Shown: in pieces, positions 51,976-62,107 of the stretch
Layout of the letters: the number at the start of each line of letters is the position of its first letter
Numbering within the stretch: the first letter of the stretch is position 1
Source: an uncultured Pseudomonadota bacterium
Lineage (GTDB): Bacteria; Myxococcota_A; Polyangia; Fen-1088
Assembly: GCA_963847705.1 (NCBI GenBank)
Contig: CAWKBC010000021.1
Span: 32,001-96,000 of the forward strand
DNA: 64,000 nucleotides
Direction: 5' to 3'
Program-made: the position numbers and the translations under genes
The notes under the pieces: generated by a model
What the model was told of the DNA's origin: nothing
Database searches by the model: none
Seen by the model: the letters and a program-made list of their open reading frames with translations, nothing else

Positions 51976-53019
51976 TCAGCAAGGACCTCGGCGGTCAGAC
52001 ATTGCGGTCATCGTCGTCGAGCCAGCCGTCGTCTGGTCGTCGACCTGGGCGGTCGACTTGGTCAGGTTGATCTCGCTGGCGACCACGTAGAGGGGCCGGC
52101 GCTTCACCTCTTCGTAGATGCGCCCCACGTACTCGCCCAAGATCCCCGTCATCAGCAGCTGCGCCGACGATCCGAGTCCGACCAGGATCATGATGGTCGT
52201 CCATCCCTTGACGACGCCGGTCCCGTACAGCTTCTCCCACAGCGCCCAGATCCCGCCGCCCATCGCGGTCAGGCCGGCCAGGATGCCGAACCAGGTCGCC
52301 ATCCGCAGCGGCACCGTCGAGAAGGAGGTGATTCCGTCGATGGCGAAGTTGAACATCTTGCGGAAGGGGTACTTCGTCTCACCCGCGAAGCGGGCCGGCC
52401 GTTCGTAGTCGACGGAGGTCTGCCGAAAGCCGACCCACCAGACGAGGCCCCGCACGAACCGGTGCTGCTCGCGCAGGGCCCGCAGCGTCAGCACCACCGA
52501 GCGGCTCATCAGTCGGAAGTCCCCCGCGTCGACGGGGATCTGCGCGCCGCCCAGCAGCGCACGCAACAGGCGGTAATAGGCCGCCGCGGTGAACCGCTTG
52601 AAGGCCGTCTCGCCGTGCCGGTGCGAGCGAACGCCGAACACGACGTCGAACCCCTCGCGCCACTTGGCCACCATCCGGCTGACCACCTCGGGCGGATCCT
52701 GCAGATCGGCGTCCATCACCACCACCGCGTCGCCGTTCGCGCGATCCAGTCCCGCGGTGATGGCCATCTGATGCCCGAAGTTGCGGGAGAGCGACAGGAC
52801 CTTGAAGCGGGGCTCCGTCGCCGCGAGCTCCTTCAAGAGAGGCAGCGACCGATCCTTCGATCCGTCGTTGACGAAGATGACCTCCCAGGACTCGCCGACG
52901 CCGCTCCCGGCGCCGGTCCCTAGGTCGGCCAGGAACGCGCGCAGCCGGCGGTCCAGCTCGGGGATGATCTCCTCCTCGTTGTAGATCGGAAGAACCAACG
53001 AAAGGATGGGCGCCTCCAT
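51976..53019 (-). CDS. GT2 polyprenol-phosphate glycosyltransferase (GtrB-like)
   Basis: PIYNEE, VNDGSKD, LSRNFGHQ, MDADLQDPP, GDFRL, two C-terminal TMs, GEYVGRIY. Confidence 0.93.
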   Translation of the reverse strand: MEAPILSLVLPIYNEEEIIPELDRRLRAFLADLGTGAGSGVGESWEVIFVNDGSKDRSLPLLKELAATEPRFKVLSLSRNFGHQMAITAGLDRANGDAVVVMDADLQDPPEVVSRMVAKWREGFDVVFGVRSHRHGETAFKRFTAAAYYRLLRALLGGAQIPVDAGDFRLMSRSVVLTLRALREQHRFVRGLVWWVGFRQTSVDYERPARFAGETKYPFRKMFNFAIDGITSFSTVPLRMATWFGILAGLTAMGGGIWALWEKLYGTGVVKGWTTIMILVGLGSSAQLLMTGILGEYVGRIYEEVKRRPLYVVASEINLTKSTAQVDDQTTAGSTTMTAMSDRRGPC

Positions 53020-53035
53020 CGGGCCCCTATTTAAC

Positions 53036-54769
53036 ATGGCGCTTCCTCTTGAGGCGGATCGACGGCGATGCGACCATGCATCGCTGCGCTTGCCAGCAGA
53101 ACCAGAAGAGCCAGCTCGCCCAGCTCGACCGTCACCGGCGCGCCTGTGGAGGTGGAAGGCCCTCGTGCTGGCGACCTTCGTCCTGGGGGTCGTCTTGCGT
53201 CTGCCGACCTTCGGCCGGCCGCTGCTCTCCGACGACGAGGCCATCTACGCCACCACCGCCGACGCGCTCAGACGCGGGGCTCTGCTGTACCGCGACGTGG
53301 TCGATCACAAGCCGCCGCTCATCTACCACGTCTATCAGGCCGGTTTTGCCATGTTCGGACGTCACGGGCCGTACAACACCCAGGGGGCGCATCTGCTGGT
53401 CGTCCTGGCGGTGCTGGTGACGGCGGGATTTCTCTTCGCCATCAAGCGGCGGGCGGGAGCCACGGACGCCCTCGAGGACGGGGCTCCCCGCGGTGTCGCT
53501 CTGGCGGCCGCGGGGCTGTTTCTGGTCTTCTCGACCACCTGGCACGACTACGACGCGCTGGCGGCGAACTGCGAGCTGTTCCTGCTCGCGCCGCAGGCGA
53601 TCTCCGCCTGGCTGTTGCTGACCGGTCGGGCGCGCCCCGGCCGCGCCGCGGGATGGGCGATTCATCTGGCGGTGGGCGCGCTGATCGGAGCGTCGGCCCT
53701 CTTCAAGTATCAGGGCCTGACGTTTCTGGCGGCCTCGATTGGTCTGCTGATCTGGTGGGTGATCCTCGAGCGCGCCTCCGGCGTCTGGGCCGTGACCATG
53801 GCGCTCTGTCAGCTGACCGGCGCCCTGGTGGCGCCTGCGCTCTACCTCTGGTGGTGCCGAAGCGCCGGCAACCTGGCGGCCGCGCTCTACTGGTTCAGGT
53901 TCAATTTCTCCTACGTCGGCGCCGGCCTGACGGGAGTCGCGGCCGTGGCGCGCGGGCTTCGTCGCACAGGGTTGATCGGCGGCGTCGCGCTGGTTCCGTA
54001 CGCCTTGGGAATCGCGGCCGCGCTCTCCACCGCGCCGAAGATCGTGCGCGTGATCCGGCGACGCTTCGCCGGCGCATCCTCCGTCGATGCCGAGGTGCCT
54101 GCACCGTCGGTGGTCCTGGGTCTGCTCTGGCTCGTCACCTCGGCCGTCGCCGTCTCCACCGGCGGGCGCTTCTTCGGACACTACTTCCACCTGGTCCTGG
54201 CGCCGCTCTGCTTGCTGGCCGCGCCGGTCTTCTGCCGATTGTGGGACAGAGGCTGGTCCACCCGGGCGCCGCTGCTGGTGCTCTCCGCCCTGCCGGCCCT
54301 CATCTTCTTCGGGCTGGCGACCTTCGGCCGGCCTCTCGCCGCAGCGCTGGACGAGGGCGAGCCGCGCTACGACGAGGTCGCGGCTCGCATCGACGCGCTC
54401 ACCTCGCGCGACGAGCGCGTGTTCGTCTGGGGGAACTCTCCGCAGCTGTATGTCCTGGCGCGCCGTCCGATGGGGACGCGGTTCTCTTTCTGCAATTACC
54501 TGACGGGCGAGAGCCCCGGCACGCCGACCGAGACGGGACAGCGGAACGCCGACGCCAATCAGGTGCCGGCGGCCTGGGAGATGCTGTTCGCCGACCTCGA
54601 GCGGCGTCGGCCGGCACTGCTGGTCGACGCGGCGGCTGCCGGCTGGGATGGCTACGGCAAGTACCCGCTCTCGCGATACCCGCGCCTGCGCGCGTACGTC
54701 GACCAGAACTATCGGCCGGTGGAGGTTCGCGCGGGCGTGGTCCTGTACCGGCGGCTGCGGGAGAGGTAG
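53036..54769 (+). CDS. GT-C fold (ArnT/PMT-like) glycosyltransferase
   Basis: SDDEAIY after TM1, YRDVVDHKPPL, ANCE, many TM segments, FFGHYF. Start uncertain. Confidence 0.85.
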   Translation: MALPLEADRRRCDHASLRLPAEPEEPARPARPSPARLWRWKALVLATFVLGVVLRLPTFGRPLLSDDEAIYATTADALRRGALLYRDVVDHKPPLIYHVYQAGFAMFGRHGPYNTQGAHLLVVLAVLVTAGFLFAIKRRAGATDALEDGAPRGVALAAAGLFLVFSTTWHDYDALAANCELFLLAPQAISAWLLLTGRARPGRAAGWAIHLAVGALIGASALFKYQGLTFLAASIGLLIWWVILERASGVWAVTMALCQLTGALVAPALYLWWCRSAGNLAAALYWFRFNFSYVGAGLTGVAAVARGLRRTGLIGGVALVPYALGIAAALSTAPKIVRVIRRRFAGASSVDAEVPAPSVVLGLLWLVTSAVAVSTGGRFFGHYFHLVLAPLCLLAAPVFCRLWDRGWSTRAPLLVLSALPALIFFGLATFGRPLAAALDEGEPRYDEVAARIDALTSRDERVFVWGNSPQLYVLARRPMGTRFSFCNYLTGESPGTPTETGQRNADANQVPAAWEMLFADLERRRPALLVDAAAAGWDGYGKYPLSRYPRLRAYVDQNYRPVEVRAGVVLYRRLRER

Positions 54770-55704
54770 ACGCCGGTCGCCAGGACGGCGACGGGAATCA
54801 CGTGCGTCAGGTGATAGGTGAGGGCGTAGGAGACGGCGACGTCGCGCGGCGCGCCGCACATGACCAGCGCCATGGTGACGCCCGCCTCGAACGTTCCAAA
54901 GTTGCCGGGCAAGGTGGGGATGGCGATGGCGGCGTTGATCCCCACCAGCGTCAGCAACGCCGTCCGGAAGCTGGGCTCCAGATGAAAGGCGCCCTGGAAC
55001 AGCACCAGCATCACGAGCTCGCTCGACCACCCGAGCAACGAGAGCGCCGCCATCGCCGCCACCCGGCGCGGCGTGGAGGCCTGCAGGCCCGACGACAGCG
55101 CGCGCTCCACACGCGGCCATCGCCCGAGGCGCGGCACCAGGGAGTGACCGGTGGCGAGGAGGGCGCCATATCCCAGCATGGCGAGGACCGAGAGGCCCAG
55201 CGCCAGGCGGCCGAGGCTGGTCAAGAGCGCGGTGACGAAGACCAGGATGGCGAGCGCCAGCGCCTCGGCGCCGCGCTCGGCCCAGGTGCAGCCATAGTCC
55301 ACGGCGAGCTGGTTGGAGAGAAGCTGGCGCCGCGGAGGTTGGTCGTCAGAGCGGTCTTCGGGGAGCTGCTCCGAGGGGGGGCGCAGGCGCGCGGCGCGGA
55401 TCAGGTCCCCGCTGCCGAACCCGATGGCGGCGTTGGCCAGCAGCCCCTCGACGGTCGCCGCCAGCACCTGGCGGTATGGCGGTGGCGCGATCAAAGCCAG
55501 TCGCCAGCGCGCCGCCTTCAACGGCACGGACACCGAGAGGTTGAGCAGAATCGCCGCCGCCACCGCCCAGGGCGCGCTTGCCGCCAGGTGGACGGTCCAG
55601 GGCTTCTCCCGCCACAGCACGACCCCCAGCAAGCAGAGCGGCAGGCCACGCAGGAGGGCCCTCCAGCGGCCGGTTGCGGGAGCGTCGGGCGGGGCGCTTT
55701 CCAG
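54709..55704 (-). CDS. Lysylphosphatidylglycerol-synthase TM-domain (flippase-like) protein
   Basis: KAARWR, GSGDLIR, AER, PTLPGNFGTFEAG, YHLTHVIP. No clear ATG, so the start is approximate. Confidence 0.78.
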   Translation of the reverse strand: MESAPPDAPATGRWRALLRGLPLCLLGVVLWREKPWTVHLAASAPWAVAAAILLNLSVSVPLKAARWRLALIAPPPYRQVLAATVEGLLANAAIGFGSGDLIRAARLRPPSEQLPEDRSDDQPPRRQLLSNQLAVDYGCTWAERGAEALALAILVFVTALLTSLGRLALGLSVLAMLGYGALLATGHSLVPRLGRWPRVERALSSGLQASTPRRVAAMAALSLLGWSSELVMLVLFQGAFHLEPSFRTALLTLVGINAAIAIPTLPGNFGTFEAGVTMALVMCGAPRDVAVSYALTYHLTHVIPVAVLATGVYLSRSRRYRTTPARTSTGR

Positions 55705-55705
55705 G

Positions 55706-56866
55706 TTACGCCGCGGCCTTCGGGCGCAGGCCCGCCTGGTCGACGGTCGCCCCGGCGACGCGCTGAAAGACCTCGAGGATCCGGCCTCCCACCCGCTCCC
55801 AGTCGAAGGCGTCGGCAATGACGCGCCCGCGCGCGATGCGATCGCCCTGGTCGCGCCCCAGCGTGTCGATGACGGCGTCGGCAAAGGCCGCGGCGCTGTT
55901 GTCCCTGGCCATGACCACGTTCACCCAGTGGTCGCCCGCGCGATCGGCGCCGAGCGCCGGGAGCGCGACGACCGGCAAGCCCGCGGCAAAGGCCTCCAGC
56001 ACCATGATGGAGAACCCCACTGCCCGCGCCGGCAAGAGGAACAACGAGGACGAAGCGAGCAGCTCCGGGCGTTGATCGTAGACCGCGCCGAGGAATTCGA
56101 CGCGCCCGCGCAGATGCCCAGGCACCTGCGCCTCGAGCGCCGGTCGCATGGGGCCGTCGCCCGCCATCAGCAGGCGCACGTCCGGCACCGACTGCGCGAT
56201 CTTGGTGAAGGACTCGATGGCCACCTCCGGCCCGTTGCGCTGCTCGAGCCGGCCCAGATAGACGAGGTTGCGCGTCCCGGGGCGCAGGTACCGAGAGCTC
56301 GGGGCCGCGCGCCAATACGTTCCATCGATTCCATTTGGAATGATCGTCGATTGGAAGTCGGCATAGCGGCCCATTGATTGCGCGGTCGCCTCGGAGACCG
56401 CAATGACTGCGGCGGCCCGCCGAAAAACCCACCGGTAGTACGGCGCGATGCGATGGCGCCAGGGAGCGTCCGGAAAACAGGCGTTGTGCAGGGTCAACAC
56501 CTTGGGCCCGCGGAACATCGCCAATCCCAGCATGGCCAAGCCGACGTCACAGGGGCCGTGGATGTTGAGGAGATCGAACTGCCCCTGGCGGAGCGCGCGG
56601 TAGAAGTTGTAGGCGGTGAGCGGGCCGATCGTCGCCTGGCAAAAAGTTCCGCCGGTGCGGTAGGTGTGCGCGCGCCCGACGCGGACCACGCCCCGCTCGG
56701 CGTCGTCGGGGCCCGGCGCGGCCGCCGTGGCCGGTCGCCCGGTGAGGATGGTGACCTCCACGCCTCGGCGGGCGAGGAGCTTGCGGAGGTGCAGGACGTG
56801 CTCCTGAATGCCTCCCAGGGTGGGATAGTAGCTCTCGGCTACGATACCGACGCGCAGAGGACGCAT
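55706..56866 (-). CDS. GT4 glycosyltransferase (PimA-like)
   Basis: GGIQEHV, IAVS, IPNGID, YLGRLEQRNG, FSIMVLEAFAAGLPVV. Confidence 0.88.
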   Translation of the reverse strand: MRPLRVGIVAESYYPTLGGIQEHVLHLRKLLARRGVEVTILTGRPATAAAPGPDDAERGVVRVGRAHTYRTGGTFCQATIGPLTAYNFYRALRQGQFDLLNIHGPCDVGLAMLGLAMFRGPKVLTLHNACFPDAPWRHRIAPYYRWVFRRAAAVIAVSEATAQSMGRYADFQSTIIPNGIDGTYWRAAPSSRYLRPGTRNLVYLGRLEQRNGPEVAIESFTKIAQSVPDVRLLMAGDGPMRPALEAQVPGHLRGRVEFLGAVYDQRPELLASSSLFLLPARAVGFSIMVLEAFAAGLPVVALPALGADRAGDHWVNVVMARDNSAAAFADAVIDTLGRDQGDRIARGRVIADAFDWERVGGRILEVFQRVAGATVDQAGLRPKAAA

Positions 56867-56961
56867 AGAGCCCTAGCGGCTTACCTTAGCGGTGGGTGCC
56901 CGGTCAAGCCCGGGAAACGCTTGAGATTCGCGTCATTGGGCGTTTCCGGAACACGTGAGGT

Positions 56962-58587
56962 TCACCGCGCGTAGATCTCGAGCTCACCTTGGGCGAAGAC
57001 CCGATGGTAGACCGCGGGGATCATTGGGCGTGCTTCGGGCGGCATGGCCCAGGTCAGAAGATGGCTGAAGCGGGGCGTCGCCTCCTGCCAGAAGTCGGCC
57101 CAGATCCCTCGCCAGGCGGCGGTGCAGGCCGCCGGGTCGACCGGGACCTTGCTCAGCGCCTTGCAGACTCCGGCCGGCGTCCCGTACCGGTCGGCGAACT
57201 GATCGAACGCCGGTGGGATGAGCTTGCGTGGCGGAAAGTCCTTGTAGGTGATCGGGTAGGAGCGCTCCACCCCGAACACCAGCGGCGCAGAGGTATTTTT
57301 GGCGACGGTGTAGTAACCCCAGGCGTGGGAGAGGCTGGCGGTGAAATAGCTGGTCTTGCCGTGCTTGAACAGCAACGGAAGCAAGGTGGCGCCCTCCGGT
57401 ACAGCTTCGATTCCTGCGGTGAATTCAGCGCGGTCGCGGTCGAGCCTGACGTAGTCGACCCCCTGGGCGGCCGAGAAGGAGAGCGCGCAGAGCACGAGCA
57501 CGATCGCGGCCGGCCTCGGCAGCGTGGTGGGAAGACGCAAGGCGAGCCCGGCCCAAATGAACGGAACCAACCGGGTATTGAGGTAGTTCCAGTTGCTCAT
57601 CATTTCGGGCAAGCCAACGTAGGAGACGAGGAGAACGGCGACCGCCACGGGCGAGAGGAAGGGGCGCGGCGCTCGACGTTGTGGCCAGGCAAAGTAGGGG
57701 AGCAAGACCGCCGGGACGATGGTCATGCTGCCGAGCCAGGTGAACGCGCCGGAGACGTCGCGCCAGAGGTCCCTGAGGATCTCCCACGGGTTGAGATACC
57801 TGAACGTGGCGGCGGCGGCCGAGGAGTTCTCGGCCTTGATCAGATGCTGCTGTGCCGAGACCAGGGAGAGCAGCCCGGCCGGCACCAGCGGCAACAGCAG
57901 CGCGACGCCGGCGTCGATTCGTTGCTGCCAGGTCGGGCGGGTGGCGACGTGCAGGGCGACCAGCGCCCCCACCACGGCGAGCGGGAACGGGTGCGCGTAC
58001 CAGACCAGGCTGGAGAGCGCGGCGACGGCCAGGCCGCCTGCGGGGCTGGGGCGCTCCCGCTGCCGATCGAGCACGGTCAACAGGATCAGCGAGAGGGCAA
58101 AGGCGAACGTGAAGTTCAGAAACCCCATCGAGACGCTGAAGCTGTGCACCAGCGGCCAGACAAAGAGCATCGCCACCGGCACGGCGCGGCGGCCGGCGAA
58201 GTGAAGCACGAAGAGGGGGAGCGCCAGCGCGTTCGCGGCCAGGACCAGGGCGGTGAAGGCGCGGGCGGCGCCGAAGAGGCCGTGGCCGCCCACCAGGCAG
58301 AACCAGAGCGTGAGGAGGCAGTTCGATTTGAAGAGACCGTTGAAGGTGAACTGGGGATAGAGCTCGGGATGCGCCACGATGTGGGCCGTGGCGACGTGAT
58401 TGGGGAGATCCTGGAAGGGGGGGAGCGGAACCAGCAGCAGCGGCCAGGCGGCCAGGGCGAACAACACCGCCGCGACCAGCAGGACCAGCCGCGCGTCGGT
58501 GAGACCGGCCAGCGCCGCCTCGAGCGGGTGGGTCCCTGACGGTGCCGGAGAAGATGCGGCAGGCATCGTTCTGGGACGCTCGTTCAC
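56962..58587 (-). CDS. Polytopic membrane protein, GT-C-like topology
   Basis: PPFQDLPNH after TM1, MGFLNF, about 10 TM segments, soluble C-terminal domain; GTG start with TACACT 7 nt upstream. Confidence 0.75.
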   Translation of the reverse strand: MNERPRTMPAASSPAPSGTHPLEAALAGLTDARLVLLVAAVLFALAAWPLLLVPLPPFQDLPNHVATAHIVAHPELYPQFTFNGLFKSNCLLTLWFCLVGGHGLFGAARAFTALVLAANALALPLFVLHFAGRRAVPVAMLFVWPLVHSFSVSMGFLNFTFAFALSLILLTVLDRQRERPSPAGGLAVAALSSLVWYAHPFPLAVVGALVALHVATRPTWQQRIDAGVALLLPLVPAGLLSLVSAQQHLIKAENSSAAAATFRYLNPWEILRDLWRDVSGAFTWLGSMTIVPAVLLPYFAWPQRRAPRPFLSPVAVAVLLVSYVGLPEMMSNWNYLNTRLVPFIWAGLALRLPTTLPRPAAIVLVLCALSFSAAQGVDYVRLDRDRAEFTAGIEAVPEGATLLPLLFKHGKTSYFTASLSHAWGYYTVAKNTSAPLVFGVERSYPITYKDFPPRKLIPPAFDQFADRYGTPAGVCKALSKVPVDPAACTAAWRGIWADFWQEATPRFSHLLTWAMPPEARPMIPAVYHRVFAQGELEIYAR

Positions 58588-58760
58588 GGGCGGCAGTGTA
58601 CCTCGGCTCGTCACCCGGTCACCGTCGGAGTGAGCGCTCCGCCGCGGCCCGCGCTCGGGCATGGATGTCTGTGCCGGGAGGACCTTCTTGCGATAACCTG
58701 CCGGCGGCGAGCGAGCCGCCTGACGCAGCCACGCGCCCACCATCGCCACACTCTTCCGAG

Positions 58761-60257
58761 ATGCCCCGAGACGATCATGAGCGGCGACGTCAGCCGCCCC
58801 CGGCGGGGCGCGATGCTTCCGGCCCGTTCGTCCTCCTGGCGACCCTGGCCTTCTTCGTCGCGCGCCTCTTCTTGATCCCACGTCGGGTCTTCGACCCTGA
58901 CGAGCTCGAGCACTCCCACGCCGCCTGGAGCGTGTTCAAGGGGCTGCTTCCGTACCGGGACTTCTTCGAGCATCACACCCCCTGGTACTACTTCGGGCTG
59001 TCGCCGTTCTTCCATCTGTTCGCGGTCGACCAGTCGTTTGAAAGCGCCCGGCGCTTTCTGCTCTTCGGGCGCGTCTTTTCGGTCGTGCTGGCCGCGCTCT
59101 CGGTTGTTCTCCTCATTCGGGTGGGACGCCTCGTCGGCAATCGACGCGTGGGTCTTCTGGCGGGGCTGTTCGTCGCGGCGCAGCCGGTCTTCATCCAGAA
59201 GACGCTGGAGATTCGCCCCGACGTCCCCGCCTTCTTGTTCTTCGTCGGGGCGCTCTGGTTCCTGCTGCGCGGGCTGTCCGACCAGGAGGTGGCCGCACCG
59301 CCGTGCCTGCGCTGGTTCCTGGGCGGCGGGCTCTGCCTCGGGGCGGCCGTCATGTGCACGCAGAAGATGCTCTTCGTTCTTCCGGGCGCGTTCCTGGGGC
59401 TGGGACTCTGGGCGCTGGCCGGCGGCCGGCGAGCGTCGGGCGTCCGAATGCTCGCCGTGCTGGTGGTTGGGGCGGGCGTCGCCGCTCCGGTCCTGGTGAC
59501 GTGGATCGGCTTCGCCGTTCAGGGCGGCGGCCGGCAATTCATTTACAACAACTTTCTCCTCAACGCGCGGTTTCAATTGCGCTCGTTCAGGGGGGTGCAA
59601 ACAACGCTCAAGACCAGCTGGCCCATCCTGGTTCTCGCTCTCTTCGGCGCCTCCGTCGCGATGTACCGCTTCTCTCGCGCCGAGCGGCGTCGATATGGCG
59701 ACGTGCTGCTGCTCTGCACGTTGGGTGGCCTCATCGCGGGAATTGTCCTGGTGCCCGTGGTCTACGAGCAGTATTGCCTGGTGCCCCTGTCGATCGCCTG
59801 CCTGTTCGCCGCGCAGGGGCTGTCCTCGTTGGTGGAGTTGGCGCGAGAACGGGCGCGGGCGTGGTTCCTCGTCTGCGCGACGCTCCCCCTCTTGGTGTTG
59901 CCTGTCCTCAATCTGGCCTGGTCGTTCAACCACCGAAACGACCGGCAGATGGCGCGGCTGCGCTACGTCTTCGCGCACACCGGCCCGACCGACTCAGTTC
60001 TGGACGGCTGGCTGGGGACGCAGGTGTTCCGTCCCCACCCGCTCTACTACTTCTTCATGCACCGCGAGCTCCTGGGCGCGCTATCGGAAAGCGACAAGGA
60101 TGCCTACCTCCGCCCGCTGGAGAGCGGACAGGTGCGACCGGCGCTCATCACCCTCGACGACGAGCTGCTGGCGTTGGGGCCGCGCTTCTCGAGCTTCTTG
60201 CACGCGCACTACGCGAGCAGTGATGGCCTGTTTTACTTTCCGATCCGGACGCCTTAG
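58761..60257 (+). CDS. GT-C fold (ArnT/PMT-like) glycosyltransferase
   Basis: FDPDELEH, PYRDFFEHHTP, EIRPD, TQK; many TM segments. Confidence 0.83.
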   Translation: MPRDDHERRRQPPPAGRDASGPFVLLATLAFFVARLFLIPRRVFDPDELEHSHAAWSVFKGLLPYRDFFEHHTPWYYFGLSPFFHLFAVDQSFESARRFLLFGRVFSVVLAALSVVLLIRVGRLVGNRRVGLLAGLFVAAQPVFIQKTLEIRPDVPAFLFFVGALWFLLRGLSDQEVAAPPCLRWFLGGGLCLGAAVMCTQKMLFVLPGAFLGLGLWALAGGRRASGVRMLAVLVVGAGVAAPVLVTWIGFAVQGGGRQFIYNNFLLNARFQLRSFRGVQTTLKTSWPILVLALFGASVAMYRFSRAERRRYGDVLLLCTLGGLIAGIVLVPVVYEQYCLVPLSIACLFAAQGLSSLVELARERARAWFLVCATLPLLVLPVLNLAWSFNHRNDRQMARLRYVFAHTGPTDSVLDGWLGTQVFRPHPLYYFFMHRELLGALSESDKDAYLRPLESGQVRPALITLDDELLALGPRFSSFLHAHYASSDGLFYFPIRTP

Positions 60258-60348
60258 GCCTGGCTCAGGCGACCATCGACGGGAACCGCCAGCCCCACCA
60301 GCCCCATAAGGTTCGCTGGCTGGCGTGGCACGATCTGCGGGTCACGCG

Positions 60349-61983
60349 CTACCTGCAGAGAGTCTCTGCCAGGGGATCTCCCTGGTTGAGCGCAAGGACG
60401 GTCCCAGGAGCCTCGAAGCTCTTTTGATCCTCCGGGAGGTCGCGCCCCGCGTAGCGATGGGCGCGCAGCGCGGCTTGAACGTCCTTTCTCTCCACGGGCA
60501 CTCTGCATCCCCGTCCATTGCGTTCGATCGCTTCGGCGACGTCGCGCCGAAGCCAGAGCTTCGTGCCGCCCGCAAACGCCGGCGCGTAGTGAGCCCGAAA
60601 GTAGGGAAGCTGGTAGAGCGCTCCCAACGAGGCCCATCTCCAGTGCGCCTCGACGAGCTCGGGCGACTCGGCCTCGAGGACCTCCGCCAGAGCCGCCCGG
60701 CCTCGATGCGCCAGCTTGCGATTGGAGAGCGACGCCAGGTCGACAATCCTGAATTCCTCACAACAGAGCGCCAGGCCGCCGATGTCCGGCGTGAGGATGG
60801 TGGCTTGCTGAAGGCCCGCGGCGGAGACGAAGCGCCGAAAGATCGCACCAGATTCTGCATACGTATGGGGCGTCACGAAGAACCCACCCTCGGACACGGG
60901 CTTCAGCTCGTCCGAGGGAAATCCGGTCTTCGACTTGATGGTCATGAACAGGAACAGACCGACGACGACGGCCACGCGGAGCTTGGTTCGCTTGGCGTTC
61001 ACCCAGGGCGAGAACAGGAGCGAACAGAGCAACAGCCCGAGGGGGAAGGCGAAGTACGGCATGCGCCCGCGGTAGCCCCAGGACTCTCCGACCAGGGCGC
61101 CCACGACGACGGCGCCCAGGAGCGGCGCCGTGAGAATCACCAAGATCCGGCGAGGGGGCCAGGGCGTGCCTGGGGGAGCGGAACCAAAGCGCTGCGCGAT
61201 CGCCAGGGCGACGAGCGGCACGAAGAAGAAGCGTGGCAGCTCCCAGGCGCCTCTCAGCCGCTGCATGAGACCGGACACCGCATAGGGTGGCCACCGCTTT
61301 GCCCAGTAGGTGTTGGGGAGGACGTCGGAGAAAACGGCGAGTCGCCAGCAGGTGAGCAGGAGGACGGTCCCCAGACAGGGCAGGACGATCCCCCAAAAAG
61401 CGCGGCGCCCTGAAACAGAGAGGACGGAGAGGGCGAGCAGCCCGACGTAGAGCAGCGCCTCGAAACGGGTGGTCACGGCCAGGACCGCGCCCGCACCCAA
61501 CCAGAACATCCGCGGCTGCGGCGAGAGCAGCTCGTTGACCATCATCAGAAACGCCGCGGCCAGGAGTCCCATCTCCATGCCGTTGCCCGCCTCGCCGAAG
61601 GAGCAGCCCCAGGCCGCGAAGGCGACCACGGTCAGGGTCGCGGAGAGCCTGTCGAGTCGGAGGAGCGCGCAGGTCCTGGCCAGGAGAAGCGTGGTGGCGC
61701 AGATGCTCAGCGCCGACAGCACCTGGGAAATGGAGATCGCCGCGCGGTACGACGGCCGCGCCAGCGCCGCCAGAGCGTTGAGCAAGAACCAGGAGACGGA
61801 CGAAAACCCCTCGACGACTTCGGAGCGCGCGGTCAGCGCAACCCGGCCGTGCCGGGCAAAGGTCCTGGCAAAGGCGAGGGTGATTGCGCCGTCATCCCAC
61901 CCGTGGTCGCCGATGAGGAGGCTGACAACAATCAGCGCGGCGAGCTGTGCCAGGACAACGAGGGCGACGCCACGGCGCGACAT
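60349..61983 (-). CDS. Polytopic membrane protein, GT-C-like (DD..I..AR / VEG.S family)
   Basis: WDDGAITLAFARTF, VEGFSS, GME, TRFE, LPNTYWAK, IVDLASL. Confidence 0.78.
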   Translation of the reverse strand: MSRRGVALVVLAQLAALIVVSLLIGDHGWDDGAITLAFARTFARHGRVALTARSEVVEGFSSVSWFLLNALAALARPSYRAAISISQVLSALSICATTLLLARTCALLRLDRLSATLTVVAFAAWGCSFGEAGNGMEMGLLAAAFLMMVNELLSPQPRMFWLGAGAVLAVTTRFEALLYVGLLALSVLSVSGRRAFWGIVLPCLGTVLLLTCWRLAVFSDVLPNTYWAKRWPPYAVSGLMQRLRGAWELPRFFFVPLVALAIAQRFGSAPPGTPWPPRRILVILTAPLLGAVVVGALVGESWGYRGRMPYFAFPLGLLLCSLLFSPWVNAKRTKLRVAVVVGLFLFMTIKSKTGFPSDELKPVSEGGFFVTPHTYAESGAIFRRFVSAAGLQQATILTPDIGGLALCCEEFRIVDLASLSNRKLAHRGRAALAEVLEAESPELVEAHWRWASLGALYQLPYFRAHYAPAFAGGTKLWLRRDVAEAIERNGRGCRVPVERKDVQAALRAHRYAGRDLPEDQKSFEAPGTVLALNQGDPLAETLCR

Positions 61984-62107
61984 GCAGCGCTTGCCAAGCC
62001 AACATGCCACATGCGGGGTGTCAAGCGTGGGTGCGCAGAGCGAACAGGCTCGGAGTCTCCGGCCACTGAGCGGACGGAAGCCGCGTCGTCAGGCTAGCCT
62101 TGTGGGT

